From Sphagnum compactum (Eukaryota), in the NCBI GenBank assembly GCA_965153455.1, contig OZ234493.1:8422213-8486212 (forward strand): a DNA stretch of 64,000 nt. The letters are read 5' to 3'. Of this stretch, positions 11,793-25,500 are shown one piece after another. The notes beneath the pieces are model-generated. The model was given only the letters and a program-made list of their open reading frames with translations. It was not told the DNA's origin and did no database searches. The position numbers and the translations under genes were made by a program. Positions within the stretch are counted from its first letter, which is position 1. Each line of letters opens with the position of its first letter.

Positions 11793-12778
11793 TTTGTCAC
11801 TTTTCCCTACTCTAAGTTGCAACCTGCCAAGGAAACAACTAACTGTAAATGCCCCCACTGAAAGTTGACCTAAGAACAAAGACATATGTTGTCCATCGCC
11901 ACGAATGCAACAACGTCACAAAACCATCAGAAAAAAGCTTAGCAAAATAGACCGGAGATACTCATTTCAGGCAATTCTACGATCAGCCATGGAACCCTAG
12001 CCCCAGCCAAAGAGACTTCGTTAACACGGGATGATGCAATCCCTCGCAGTGAGTCAAGGACTACAATCAAAACAATGAGGCCAGCCGGTACATAGTCCCT
12101 CGCCACAAAGTTAAAACAACATACAACGGCATCGACAAGCAAAACCTCGAAACCCATTTCCTCATCAGGCCACAACACATTCAGGCACCCCAAAAAATGG
12201 AATCTTCAATACCGACAAGTTCTCCGAATCCACACCACGATGTAGTAGAGAAGGAAAAACCAAACCAAAGCGTAGGTAGTAAGAACCTAAGGACATCCTA
12301 ATCTATAGGTAACGGATAAGGTTCAGGAGTTTGCTAGTCATCTAAGTAGGTAGAGGCCAAAAGTAACCAAAAAAAAAACCCATCAGCACATACATATAAA
12401 TATCTCAAGCTGCTGCTGCTGCTGATTCAAAATCAGAATCACAAAAAGCATCATCTTGTCTTCCTCGGACTCGGATCCGAATTAGCAAATGAGACACCCA
12501 AAACAAAACGAAACCAAAAAAAACCATAAAACATACCATCATGGCAAACAAACCCCTGACACAGAGAGACATATAGACGTACAGAACAGACAGACAGATA
12601 AGGGAAGAGAACAGCAACCTCGGAGAGCAGCAACCGGAGAGGAAAGTAGGTACCTTTTTACTCAAAGAAACCATCTGTCACGGCAGTTGATGGAATAATG
12701 CTCCCGGAGCTCCAGTCCTTATCGAAAGAAGAAGGACAGCCATAGGTGAAGAGCAGGAAAAGCAGCAGCCGTAATGAA

Positions 12779-13504
12779 GAGAGAGAGAGAGAGAGAGAGA
12801 GATAAAGAGAGAGCAGCAGCGAAGACAGGAGAACAACAAGCGCTAGCGCGAGTGCGTATGGGGATTTTTGGTTGCGGGAATCGAGAAAGCGAAGGGAAGA
12901 GGGGGAGAGAGGGGGCGGGGGGGGGCGGGGGGGAGGAGACGGGGGTGCGAAGGGAAAGAGTGCGCGTGCGTTGAGAATGCGTGCGTATGGTGGAGAGCGT
13001 GGTTTTGGGGGTGGTAAGTAAATTTGGCATCGTAATGTACGCCATCCATTCAGGTACCTAGTGGCTTAGCTTTGGTTTTTCGCTACGGTTTTTTTCTTTT
13101 TTTTTCTTTTTTTAAACTACGTTTGTTCCCCGTTTTTCGTGTTCTCACGTTCCTTACGCGTTTCCCAAACCCAAACCAAACCGAACGGAACGAACGAATA
13201 AATACACCATGTGCTACCTATCTATCATTCATTCATTCATTCATTTATTCATTCATTTGTGCTTCTTCTCCTCTTTTTACTACTGCTACAACTACTGTTG
13301 TTCCCGGTTCTTTTTGGTTTTTGTTCTCACGTTCCTTACACCTTTTCCAAACCAAACGAACAAACACCACCATGTGCTTCTCCTCCTTCTTTTTCTTTCC
13401 CTTTCCAACCAACCAACCAACCAGCCAACCCAACCCAACCAACCGTCCCCCTCGCTGCGCGATTATTATTGCAAAAGAAACAGGCAAGCAGGCAGGCAGG
13501 CAGG
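12779..13504. repeat. Microsatellite and G-tract cluster around the MEI2-like 5' end
   Basis: (GA)n ~12779-12802, G runs 12901-12945, (TCAT)n ~13226-13256, (AACC)n ~13406-13444, (CAGG)n ~13481-13504. Confidence 0.85.
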
Positions 13505-14100
13505 CTGCTGCCATCACCCTTCAAAACCGCCAAGTAGGTACCTACCTTGCTAGCTAGCTAGTTCGGTAGATAAGTTTTTTTTAATTAAATAAATTACCCC
13601 TAGTTCTTGACCTACAGAACTTGACCTACAGTTTATTTTTTTTACCCCTAGTTCTTGACCTACAGTGTGAGTGAAAGTAAGTTTTGCTTCCATCATCATC
13701 GCCCTTTGAAACCGCCACGCAGGTGACTAGGTAAGTAGATAGGGTTTTCTTTTTTTTTACCCCCTGAAGTCCTGCGCACCGCCTACTGCCTTGAGGCTTG
13801 AAAAACTGGCCTCGAGATAGGTACATACATAACCGGTTGCTCCATAGAAATTGGTGACGTGGCATCACCCCCATCGGCTGGTAGGTAGGTAAGTAAGTAG
13901 TTCAGGTTGATAGATAGTTGTTGTTTTACAAACAACGTTGCAAGAACGTTTGACAAGATTTGTAATGTGTTTTGGAGGAACGCTTACTTACCAAGCATCA
14001 TCATAACAAGCTTGCAAAACATTTCAGGAAACGGAAATGCTTGCACTTGCGAGTGTCTCCTCATGTCATGTTTTTTGGTCGTGATAACTGACAAGCACAC

Positions 14101-14320
14101 TGAGGTGTGTCTTCTTTCTCCAAACTTCAAACTCGCATCCAAATAAACAAAAATACAAAAGTGAAAAAAAAAACACTTTATTTTTATTATACAAAATAAT
14201 AATGAAAACAGAAAACACATAAAAATATAAAAGATAAAAGTTTTTTTTAAAAAAACTAAAACATGAACCAAACATTGTTGAAATAACACACCTGTGCATT
14301 AGGCACGGGGTTCAAACTTG
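14101..14320 (+). mobile_element. 3'-terminal fragment of a non-autonomous Helitron
   Basis: Near-identical to 63659-63882. Ends with hairpin cctgtgc-attag-gcacggg, then gttcaaaCTTG|T (CTAG in the other copies). Confidence 0.8.
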
Positions 14321-14983
14321 TTTTTATTTAAATTTCAAAATACTCCAACTTCACACCATGTAACCACCCTCAACCAGGGACACTATCAAATTAGGCCCGC
14401 CCACCTCACCCACCTTGGTGGCTTAACCTCGTGAGAGCCTTTATTCTGTTAATGCCCATGGCCTCTCACTAAGGCATTACCTTACACTAAGTTCTTTGCA
14501 CCTACTACAGTGGAAAGCAAGCAGGCTGCTACTCTGAAATTTTCCAAATAGGTAGGTACGTAGGTAGATAAATTATTATAGGTTTTTTTGTCCTCTCAAC
14601 TTCTTAACAATGGGTAGAGGCTACTACACAGCCATGAGGCTTGAAAATAGCCAGAGAGACAGGTAGGTAGTTGATCTCCCCCTCCCCTCCTCCCCCACCC
14701 CCAAAGTTCTTCCATATGAGTGTAGTGGAAGTCACAAGGGATTTAGGTCTAGGGTTATGCCCAAGACCATGCATGGGCTTTGCCTGAATAAGGGCCCACA
14801 TGAGGCATAATGCTTGTCGGGGTATCATAGGGAGGGAAAAAAAAACAAAAGCAAGAATTTTTAGAAAATTTGTAATGCTCTTGGCTTATTCAAAATGCTG
14901 GACCTTCTTAAGTGAAGGAAATTTTGCAGTGTGTAACATGCCCTTCAAACTACCCTACCAAAAACAGCCACAGGTCTTTACAA

Positions 14984-15059
14984 AATCTACCAAATGTGGG
15001 GATTTATTTGTGTACCAAATGTACACAATCTACCAAATGTGGGGATTTATTTGTGTACC
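14984..15059. repeat. Short direct duplication
   Basis: aatctaccaaatgtggggatttatttgtgtacc occurs twice. Confidence 0.9.
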
Positions 15060-15237
15060 GAAGAATGGCTACCTATCTTGAGGATGGGGCTCAGTGGCTG
15101 GTGGTTCTGAGCTTGGTCTGACCAATGGCCATTTTCTGACATGAATTGACACTGGGAGAGAGATTCTGTCACATTATTATTTATTACCAACTTTGTAGAC
15201 TACTTGCTAGACCTGGAGCTTGCAATTATGGTTCTAA

Positions 15238-15453
15238 AGGTGTGTTCACACATGATGTTAAGTCAGTGTTAAAAGAAAAATCTAGGTGGCATCCTAAGTG
15301 GCATGCAATGATAAATTGGTGATAATTTTAATGTTAAGTGAATATTACTTAACATAAAATCTTAATGGTAAGTTGGTTTTTAAGTCCTAAATGACTAGCA
15401 TGATGTTAGTGGACTCAAAACACTAGTCCCTAACACCGAGTGTGAATGCACCT
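15238..15453. mobile_element. Tourist (PIF/Harbinger)-like MITE, ~216 bp
   Basis: Terminal inverted repeats aggtgtgttcacac / gtgtgaatgcacct. Flanks TAA and TGA form an imperfect TWA-type TSD. AT-rich non-coding interior. Confidence 0.65.
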
Positions 15454-16879
15454 TGAGTGCTAGTTGTGTGTGTGCATTGGAATGACCTCTTGGTCCTAAG
15501 AAAAGCTTGTTAGGTTGATAAGTAGGTAAGTCATTAACTTGGGGTGAAAGGCAGAATCTCCAAGAAGGTAGTGATTTGAGCCCCCCATTAAAAGGAAGCA
15601 AAATGGTATATAAGGTTGTTTGATTAAGCTATAGAAAGAAAGAAGCATTTAAGACCAATAATCAAATTTATATGCTAGGTAAAGCCCCCAGGGTGGGTGC
15701 ATTCCCAAAAATTAGGGGCCCTAGAATGTGGTCCTCCATCTGGGCCCACATTTTGGAATGTCCCTCACATGTGGGCTTTGCCCATTGTAAAATCACTAGG
15801 GTAACCTTATCATGAAGGTAAACATCTCTAGATCATGATACGAGGTGAATAGGTCAGGAGGCATAGGAGGCCAAGGGTTCTTACAGCTACTCCTTAAAGG
15901 TGGGAAGGATCTTAGGCCTAGAAGTAGGTGCAAGATGCCTCCTCTTTAGTTGAGGTTTTTTATGTTGTAGAGAGGTTCCCATACGAGTGGGTTCTCTTGA
16001 GGGAGGAGTGCCCTACGGCATGAGCCTGAGGATGTTCCCAAACCTCCAGAGAATACACGAGTACAAGAAGAACCTCCCCTTATGCAAACAACTCTTTCTT
16101 TTTTTTTCTAGCTTTTTTTTTCTTGTTTAGGGTAAACAGGCTGGTGACTGAACACTTAGTGTCTCAGTCACCTCTGTCTCACTCAATCTGCCTCCTTTCC
16201 ACGTACAAGCTGAAGATAAAATATAGCCCCCTAGAAAACACACCCATGGTCATTTAAATCCCTCAAAACTGGTCAAAAATGAGGAAGATACACTCCTTCA
16301 AAGTTTGGGCGGGGTGGGCGGGTTTAATTGATTTTTAAAAATGGATCATACACATGGCAGCCCATGATGGCTTGTTTAGTCACCTAAAACCAAACACTAA
16401 CTTGGGCACCAACAAATGCTATCTACCCAGCTATCAAATTGGATGAAAATTTGGATGGAAATTTTCCTCAAAATAAGCATTCACTTTTGCTCATAGGGCT
16501 AAAATTGCATTCAAATTCAAGTTTAGAGATCGATGGTTATGGGTAAACATATTCCCATTCACCAAATCCGTCGCCCTTCCCAAATGTTTGTGGGCACAGA
16601 TTTTTCATCACCCCCACCAAGCATCCGACTCTCTATCACATTGCATATCTCTTTCTCTCTCCAACTCTCTTAAACTCTCTATGGGCGCAATTTTTTGTCA
16701 CCTGCACCAAGCATCTAACTCCCATTCACATTGTTTTTTCTAAGCTTCTTTGAGTTCCTATTTGCTTGACGCTCTAAAGGTATTGTTTGTCTTTGGTTTT
16801 TGTTTGCATGTTTATACAACTAATGTTCCCTCTCTCTGTGATCAATGCCCCTTTCTCCAAACGTTTTGAGCTTTTGCAA

Positions 16880-17780
16880 CTCCTGGTAATGGCAATGCAT
16901 CCCTTCTCTCCTCTCTCTCTCTTCTCCTGCACCTACAATCATGGCGCCTCATCCCGTCTCTACTCTCTTTCTTTCAACTCTCACACCTATAACAATGGCA
17001 AAAGTCTTTTCTCTACTCTCTCTTTCAACTCTTACATTTTTCATATATTTCATCTTTTGCACCTACAACCATGGCACTACGTCCGTTCTCTACTTTTTTT
17101 CTTTTCTCTCTCTTGTTTCACCCCTACAACGATGACAATGTGTCCCTTCTCTACTCTCTTTCTTTCAGCTCTTTTGTCTCTCCACTCTTTTTCATCTCTC
17201 ACACCTACTGGCCTTGGCAATGCATCTCTCTCATCTTTCAATTGTCTTTGAGCTTAGAGCTCAAAGCTTACCTGTTGTTGGCAATGGCGATCGGCACTCC
17301 TCCTCTTTCAACTATTTTAAAGCTTGGAACTTTGAGCTTGCCTACTACTTATGATGGTGATCAATGCCCCTTTTTTTACTCTCACCTTTTTCAAAGCTTG
17401 AAGTTCTAAACTTCTTGCTAACGATGGCAATCCACCCCCCTTCTTTCCTTTCTCATATCTCTCAAAGCTTATAACTCTCTTGTTGTTGGCAATCCACCCC
17501 CTTCTCTTTTCTCTCATCTTTTTCAAAGCTTTGAGCTCTCTTGTTGTTGGCGATGTCGATCCACCCCCTTTCTCTCCTCTTTCATCTCTCAAAGAGCTCT
17601 AATCTCTTTTGTTACTAGTGATGGCAATCCACCCCCCTTCTCTCCTCTCTCATCTCTCTCAAAGCTTTGAATTCTTTTATTATTTCTAAGCTCAAAGTTC
17701 TAAATTTTCATCTTATTAATGATGGCGATCCACCCCCCCTTTCTCCTCTTTCAACTTTTTCAAAGCTAAAAGTTCTTTTG
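16880..17780. repeat. Degenerate CT-rich minisatellite array (~55-70 bp units)
   Basis: Repeated ...gatggc(a/g)atccacccccc-ttctctcctctctcatctctctcaaagctttgagctc... units. Confidence 0.8.
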
Positions 17781-18499
17781 TTGTTTTTTTTTTCTTAACC
17801 ATCTCAACGACTACGATTGATGTGCTTTTTTTCCTCTAGACCCAAACCCAAATTTGTTGATATATTTTATTCATTTGTTGCGCAACTATTACATTTTTCT
17901 CAACTATTATTCAACTATTCCTCAACTACTAACTTTCTCTCAACTACTATTACCTTCTTTCATCTAGTGTTCAATTGTTATATTTCTTTCATCTATTGTT
18001 CACCTGCACTACCTTTCCTTCAACATCTAGCCAATTACTTCCTCTTTCAATCATTGGAAGGTAACAATCTTGATGTTTGGCATCCTTGTGCCTATTACTT
18101 AGCCCATGCCTGCAACCTTGCATGTTGTTGAGCCCATTTTGTGCAACCTAGATTCACCCCCATGTACTTGCATAGATGTGCTTGAAGACATGCTTGAAAA
18201 TCATGGTGAAAATGGTCACCCATTTGAGTAACACGTGTTGGAGTTCAAGCTGGAGTGAATTGTGTTTTAGCACAGTTTTTAGGAGTTTTTCGAGTTGTTC
18301 ATTCTATTGTGGAACCCATTTCTATTGCTGGTTTGGCTCGCTTGTCTTCCTTCTCCTTTCACTTGCATGTTTTGATTTCCTCGACAACTACCTTTTCCAT
18401 TGTTTTTCTCCTTAAGATGTTTAAGTATTTAGAACTAATCACAAAATGTCATTGAGAATAATCAATTAATGATTTTTTTCCCTTGGTGTGTCTTGCAAG

Positions 18500-20043
18500 T
18501 AAATGAAGCAATGACAATAAGTTATGCACCTTCATGGATTTTTGGGTCAAATTTGGAGACAACTAAGTTTCCTATAACAACTCTCGAATATTTTTAAGAC
18601 TACCTTCATCATGGTTTACAACATCAATTTTTGTTGGCTTCTAGTTTAATACTATAACGTTATGGGGCATATCTACATAGTAGCATTGGTCATTTTGTGA
18701 CATGTAGATAGGTAGATCTTCAAATCTTGAATGTTGATATGTTTCAACTATATGGAAAAGTTTTACAATAATAGATTCCTCCCCCCATCAAAGATACTTT
18801 AAGTTTCTTCCTTTGTTGTGTAATCTTCTTCATTCCCTACATTGCTCATGTTTGTTGTAGTGTAAACCTTTGATGGTTTACTCTTGTTATCCATTGCCTT
18901 TGGGTTCAAAGGCCATATACATGTAATTCTAAACCCAGACTTGATGTTTTGTTTTATGAATGATTGCTTTATGTCTCGGTCTACCCATCCAGCTATTTTA
19001 CTCGGTTCCATGTGATTATTTCTAGACATAGTTGCATCCTTGACCTTTCTAAATGTTGTTTTAAAAGGTTTGAAATAAGACAAATCTAATGGTTGTAATG
19101 CATGTGATGTGTGTGATGGCAATGTGATCATGTTTAACCCAAATGTTTTTGCTTATTCTATTGCTTTGTAAGGTAACACGGTTGCCATGTCCATCCAAAA
19201 TTAACAAGTGTTGGTTGTTGAAGGACACTCCACTTGGAACTGATTTGTTAAAAAAAACTAAAACTCTTTAAACAGGAAAATAATCATCCATGTTTTTGTT
19301 TTTGTTTTTTGCATTGCCATACAAGTACCTGGTTTGCAAAGTTTAATGTAATCATCCTTTAATATCTCACCTTTGAAGATGTAAAAACCATATAGAACAC
19401 CCTTGCAGCATTGACTACACAATTTACAATTAACCATTCCTAAGATTTTGGGATGATGCTGTAAACTGCATTAGATCATTTCCTAGCCAAAACTTTTGCT
19501 CCAAACTACCTACTAGTTTAAATCCCTATTTCAACAAAATTCCATATATGATCAAAACTATAATTATGTTAGTTATACAATGATTACAAATTGATGTAGA
19601 AAGAGTTGCATGAATTAGGTGTCATCCCCAAAGTTTTACAAACTTATAATCTTTATGCATATCGTATGTTAACTTCTAGATGTTTACGTTTGAACCAATA
19701 TCACCAACTATTACATGGTATTGCATCCTGGAATGATATAGCTTTTGTCTATGTTAACTTTGCAACTTTCATCTTCAATTGTTGTAGACCAATGGATAGT
19801 CCACATTCCTGCATTACTAATGTTCAATGTAATCACAGTTGTATCTTCTTCTTTTGTAAGCACACCTCCTAGCCCCATCTTCTCGAATCTAGTTATTCCA
19901 TTTAGGTGGTTAACAAGGGAGTTCATTGGGATGTTCCATGACTTGCTGACCCTCCTTATGGAATGTGTCCCTCTCTCAATAACATCCATTACTTCTTCCA
20001 ACACTTCATTTGTCCACATACCTTTTCTAGTTTTTGAAGGCAT
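18500..20043 (-). mobile_element. Decayed pogo/Tigger-like (DDE_1) transposase
   Basis: N-terminal psq-type HTH (KGMWTNEVLEEVMDVIERGTHSIRRVSKSWNIPMNSLVNHLNG) and the pogo-family motif LPSHTSHALQPLDLSYFKPFK; many stops and frameshifts. Element ends not identified. Confidence 0.85.
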
Positions 20044-22088
20044 TCAATTCAACTGTGGTGTTGATTTTTTGTTTTGTGGGTCAATAACAAGGGGAAGATT
20101 TTCCATGTTAATTACAAGGTCTATTGCTTGCAAATCCAACATGCTACTTTGTCTCCTATGAAAGACTATCAAGTTCATGATTGCATATCTCTTCCTAATC
20201 CCAGCTTTAGCAACTTGTTGGAGTGCGTTTTAACCCCACCAAAGGGATGTTTTTTTCTTCCTTGTAAACAACCCAAGAATCCAAAAAGCGTAGGAAATTT
20301 GGAAATTTTGCTATAGCATGTTCTAATATTGCTACAATAGAGTATGATAACTTATAAAATTCTACAAAATCATCCCAATCTAAATCATCTTCTGTTGTTG
20401 TGCATGCAGTGGGGAGAAATGTGTAGGAACGATTTATATATTTAACTATTTTCTAACTTTTTTCAAGCTCTTTGATGCAACATTTCGACCTATGGATTTT
20501 TTAATCGAACGGTAATTCAAATTTTTTGGAACCTTTGATTGTAAATTTGGTCTACAAGTTCAACTTATATGTCTAATGTTGATCCCTATTCTACATGCTT
20601 TACTTTCACCTTTTCCAAATCTATTTTAGAACCTAATTTTTGTTCTTTTACATGATTTACTTTCATCTTTCGTTCTACTTTTGAACATAGCTTTTGTTCT
20701 CTTATTTGCTCTACTTTCTCTTTTAGACCTATTTTTTGCAAGTAAACTCTTAGACTTGGACTATTGTTCTTTACATGTTCTACTATCATTAGCAAATCAG
20801 AATTCCTCAACATTACAATATTAAGAACTAAGAATTATAAGCAGAGTTGGAATTGTTTTTCTACCCTTGTTCATAGAAAGGACATACTTGGAGCCCAAAT
20901 TAGAAGTAGAAAATGACGTACACATTTGATGTAAGTTTTGTTGCAATTTAAGTTTTGAATTATGCCTCCTTTTTTTTGGAAGGAAAGAATGCTCAATTTT
21001 TATGCATAGTCAAAATCTTTGAAGACTCTCCTCTAGGGCTAATAAATGTGGTGCCCTGAATGATTCAAAGAAAGGATGTCCTTTGATGATTCTTGTGCAT
21101 TAATTGTATCCTTGTTAGGTTTAAAATATTAATGAGCAATTTCATGCATTTTAATGTGAGTTTAAAACCCCATAACCAAACAACCAATTTTTTATTTGCA
21201 TTTTGCTTATGTTGGTTCTTTGAAAAATAGTTAAACCCACCCAAGTATATGCATTAGAATGGGCCGGTCCTCTCCCATAACCAAACATGGCTACATATAC
21301 AATGTGTTAATCCTTTCCCATAACCAAACATGATTACATATGACATTGTGCCTTTTTTTTTTGGCTATTTCTTTTTCCCATGCCCATAACCGCACACACA
21401 AAAAAAGATTTCATTTGGATTACATGAAAAGACCGAACATACTTTTTCAATACTACGCATTCGATCATAGGGTTGCATTCAAACGTTTGCACAAAGGACC
21501 GCGACCATTCACTGGCGTTGGTCTGCACAAGAGGGGTGTTCGGTTATGATTAAATTCACCCCATCTTGACTTTAGTATAAATCAAAGCTTGAAATACTAG
21601 TGTGACTCATATGTAAGGGACCAGGATTATTTTTCATTATTATTAATTTTTGGTGATGGAAATCTTTGATTGGCCAATCTCAAAAAAAATTAATCAACTT
21701 TGGATAAAGTGGGATACTATTGGGAACGTGAGAATCCTTTTTGAAAACTCAATGGGAACAAAATGAGAACACATTTGGAACAACACAAATCCCAACACCA
21801 CCTCCCCCTTGGGTACTTGCTGGCTCATCTCATTGGTTGTCAAGAATTTCTGTGCCTACCTTTGTTCCTTATCATTTTTAGCCTAGGCAATTACAAGGGC
21901 ACAAATTGTGGGACATGTATAGTAGTGTGATTTATGTTCATTAATTGTGGGGACCCCCAAAGCTTAATATATGTTTTTTTTGGGTACCTAATGGGCCTCT
22001 TTGATTTATTTCCCCATTATAAATATATTCTGAAAATTTGGGAGATTGCTTAATATAAAAGTTCCATTCTAAAAACATGGAAACCCAA

Positions 22089-22290
22089 AATTGGCCCACC
22101 TATATAGGTTGTAAGAGGACAACGTTAGGCAAAGCATATGGGACAAAGTGAGGTGCTATTCGGACCACCACATTGAGAAATTTGGGAACATGTTAGGAAC
22201 TTATTGGGGAACGAGTACAGTGGGAACAACAAAAAGCCCAAAAAAATCCAAAACCCCCCCCCTCCTCCCACCCAAAAGAAAATGTGAAAT
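22089..22290 (+). repeat. Dispersed GGGAAC-rich repeat family A
   Basis: Core ttggcccacctatataggt...caaagcatatggga(t/c)aaa.tgaggtgctat...gggaac. Related copies at ~21700-21900, ~27210-27500 and inverted at ~32570-33440. Confidence 0.75.
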
Positions 22291-22999
22291 TTTGAAAAAA
22301 AAAAAAAAAAAACATTTTCAAAGCAAAAATAATTTGTGAATGAAAGTAGAGAATTTTATTGGAATATTCCTTTTCGAGCTGAAATCTTCAATTTTAATTA
22401 ACTATTTGACAAACATGTGTTGAGATTGCACTTGTATTATGGTAGTCGAAGTTTAGTTGACATGATGACAATAATTAACATGTCGAAGGGCACAAATAGG
22501 ATTTTGAACAATGATGTTATCATATTGGAGGTGTAATATAAAGACGATTTTATGAAGGATTGATGGACTTGGAAATGTTATTCTTTTTGTTTTAAAAAAT
22601 GAATTAAATATGTTTTTTTGCTCTATGGAACAAAATACATATGTTTAAGGAGTGTTTGGAATTTGCATTTGAAAGAATGTATGGAAGGTAAAGGTATGGA
22701 ATGGCATTGAAGTCTTTTTTAATTATGTAAAAACTACATGTTATTATAGAGAGACCGACAAACCACATCTCGAGAACTTGATGGGAACACAAAAAAACAA
22801 AAGTTCCTCTTCCACACTCCCCCCAAAAAACCTAAAAGAAAACATTAAACCCTTCCCCAAGCTTCTCATTGGTTGCATGAAATTTTTATTTCCAAAACAA
22901 TTGTCAAATTTTATTTTTTAAAATTGGCCAACAATGAAAGAATCCATTGCAAAGGAAAAAGAAACACATCAATCATTCACCAAAGTGGGGATCACCACA

Positions 23000-25500
23000 A
23001 TGTGTTCATATCACAAACATAACTAATGAAGCCCTTATGGGGCATGTCATGACACCATTTAAGATACATGTCCATTATAACACAAATTAGATCATTCTTG
23101 CCCCAATTATTATCAAACCCCTAAGATATTTCCTCTCTCAAAATGAGGATAATGCAATTAACCTTGAGCACCTATCCCAAGCCACCCACCATAGTCTAAT
23201 AAATTTTCCCATATTATTCCCTCGACTTGAGTGGCATGCCACCTCTTTTTGTTAAAAACAAAATTATTCATCCAAACAATAAAAAAAATTGCCCCCTTAA
23301 GTAAGAACCAAAGACCTACCATGTTGTTGAAACATCTTTAAAATCTAGTAGTGAAATGTAGTTCCCCAATTGCATTAAAGATGCTTGTTGAAATGGTTTT
23401 GTTCCACACACCATGCGCTTCATAATCTTGTGCCTAGTTCTAGGTATGCGCAACATTGGGCATGCATGCATTCCCAAAACCTATGTATGATGTATTATTT
23501 CCCAATCTTGCATAGAAGGCAACATAAACCAACCAACTTATCCACCCTTACCTTTATCCACACATTTATGGCAATAGCCTTGTTCCAAATGCCCATATGA
23601 AGCCAACCTCTTTCTTATTGCATTGCTTGTTCCAAATATGGGACCATCACAATTTAAAATCAAATGAAAAAAGTTTTGCCCATCTTTTCTCAACAAATTT
23701 GCCTTAGGTTTAAAAGTCTAAGCATTTTTCCTTCTCCATAGAATAGTAAATGTGATAAAAGGCTCCTCACTTTTCTAGGAATAAAACCTCGGATCAATCT
23801 CCAAGGCTTTCACCTTGCCATAATACACAAGGAAATGTACCTTTTTGAGGCTCTTAACGACTTCAACTACTTTAACATGTGCCACATTTTGGATTTAAAT
23901 GCAAAGATACCCCAATTCTATATCCTCGTTTTTGAAAAGTGTTAGAATTTTAGATTGAAGCCTTATAGAATGTAGGTTCACCTCTTTTAAAATGTGTAAT
24001 TGTTATTCCACATCATTGCATTGAGATTTTTAAAAAGTGGAAATTTGACAAACGAAAAAAAGGCAAAGACCTATTATTCACAAACATGCCTACCCACTTT
24101 CATGCCAAGGAGTGATTGTTGTGTGCTCTTAACAACCTTCCCCACTTGTCTTCCAACTTGGTAGTAATTTTTGTACACCTAGTTAATTCTTCCATGGACA
24201 ACATGAATTTTCACCCTATCTCCTCATTGGTTGCAAACATGCCTTCAACAACCACATAGATGTCAATAATAAAAATTTAGCCTATGGAATGCAACTTGGC
24301 ACTCTATCTTTTGAAAGGCCTTTGGCCCAAAGTTGAACCATTGCATTCCACCAAAAGCTAATTGCCAAGACATGTCCTTAAGAGTTCTTGGGCTAGCATG
24401 TTTCAACTCCTTTGTCATCTTAGTCCAAGTTTTTCCGATTCAATTCCTAAAGGCTAAACAAGGGGCACTTTTATGATTTACTTGTACACAACATTCAAGG
24501 TCGAGAGCTCATTTACAATGTACATATGTAGTTGAAATCTCTTTAGTTTAAATCTTAGGAGCTCTTGAAGATTGGAATCCCTTGGTTCAAAAACATGCAA
24601 CACCCATTTTCTATAACATTCATTGGATCCTCCAAACCTAGGTCCTCCTTCATTTGTTTTCTTACAACATTGATCTTAAACTACACATTGATAGTTGTTA
24701 GTTGAACCAACCCATAGAAAATTTTCCAAGACTTTTGTTATTATTTTTTGGATGCCCTTTTTGGTACTGTACCTCCCCATTCACTAACAAAATATCAAAG
24801 GGTGAAGAAAATGATGTTATTGACTACCACATTCCTTCCTAAGAGATAAAGCTTTGTAGCCGATCAATAGCTAATGTTCTAGTGAATTTCGATTAGTAGG
24901 AACTTCTTTATCTTTACAAATTCCATAAAAAGGTCAAAAAGTGTCCCAAGGAACTTAGGATTACTTCTAAGGAGGTCCATGTCCATTTGAATGTTTCAAT
25001 CCATTCAAGTTTTTGTTTTTGTTTACCTTTGATCCAAAAACAACCGATTAAGACTCATTACTATGAAAGCCAAAAACATAACTAAATACCTTCAATACTT
25101 GTGCGAACAAAAACATGCTAGCTCATATGGTTTTTGTTGTAAAACTTATGTCATCAATGTATTAAACTATTAATTAAACCCCTCCCCTTTGAATTTTGCC
25201 AACTTCAAATTCTTCACATGGATCATCACATTAAGGGCTTGTTCAATGATTAGGAAAATGTAGGGAGTTATAAGGCACCCATGTTGTACTCCTTGTTCAA
25301 TTATAAACCTTTAGAAGTTTTCCCATCCAACACAATGTTGGCATTGACTTTTAGAAACAAAAATTTCATCATATTAACACACTAAACCAAGACCCTGATC
25401 TTGTTCATGCAATTAAAAATAAAATCCCAATCTAGTTTGTTATGAACCTTTGAAAAATCTAGCTTGAGAAAAACAATTGATTGCTTGGATTTCTTGGCCC
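23000..25500 (-). mobile_element. Decayed, 5'-truncated LINE (L1-like RT plus C-terminal Cys/His region)
   Basis: Minus-strand remnants KSKQSIVFLKLDFSKVHNKLDWDFIF (~25490-25420), GVQHGCLITPYIFLIIEQALN (~25290-25230), YIDDISF (~25160; YADD motif) and HRFWECMHAQ (~23485-23455). The lower-coordinate (3') boundary is approximate. Confidence 0.8.

Noticed and set aside
13072-14299. Phe/Leu-rich ORFs here and at 33574-34310, 51818-52175 and 63120-63530
   Set aside because: Artefacts of microsatellites and T-rich Helitron or low-complexity DNA.
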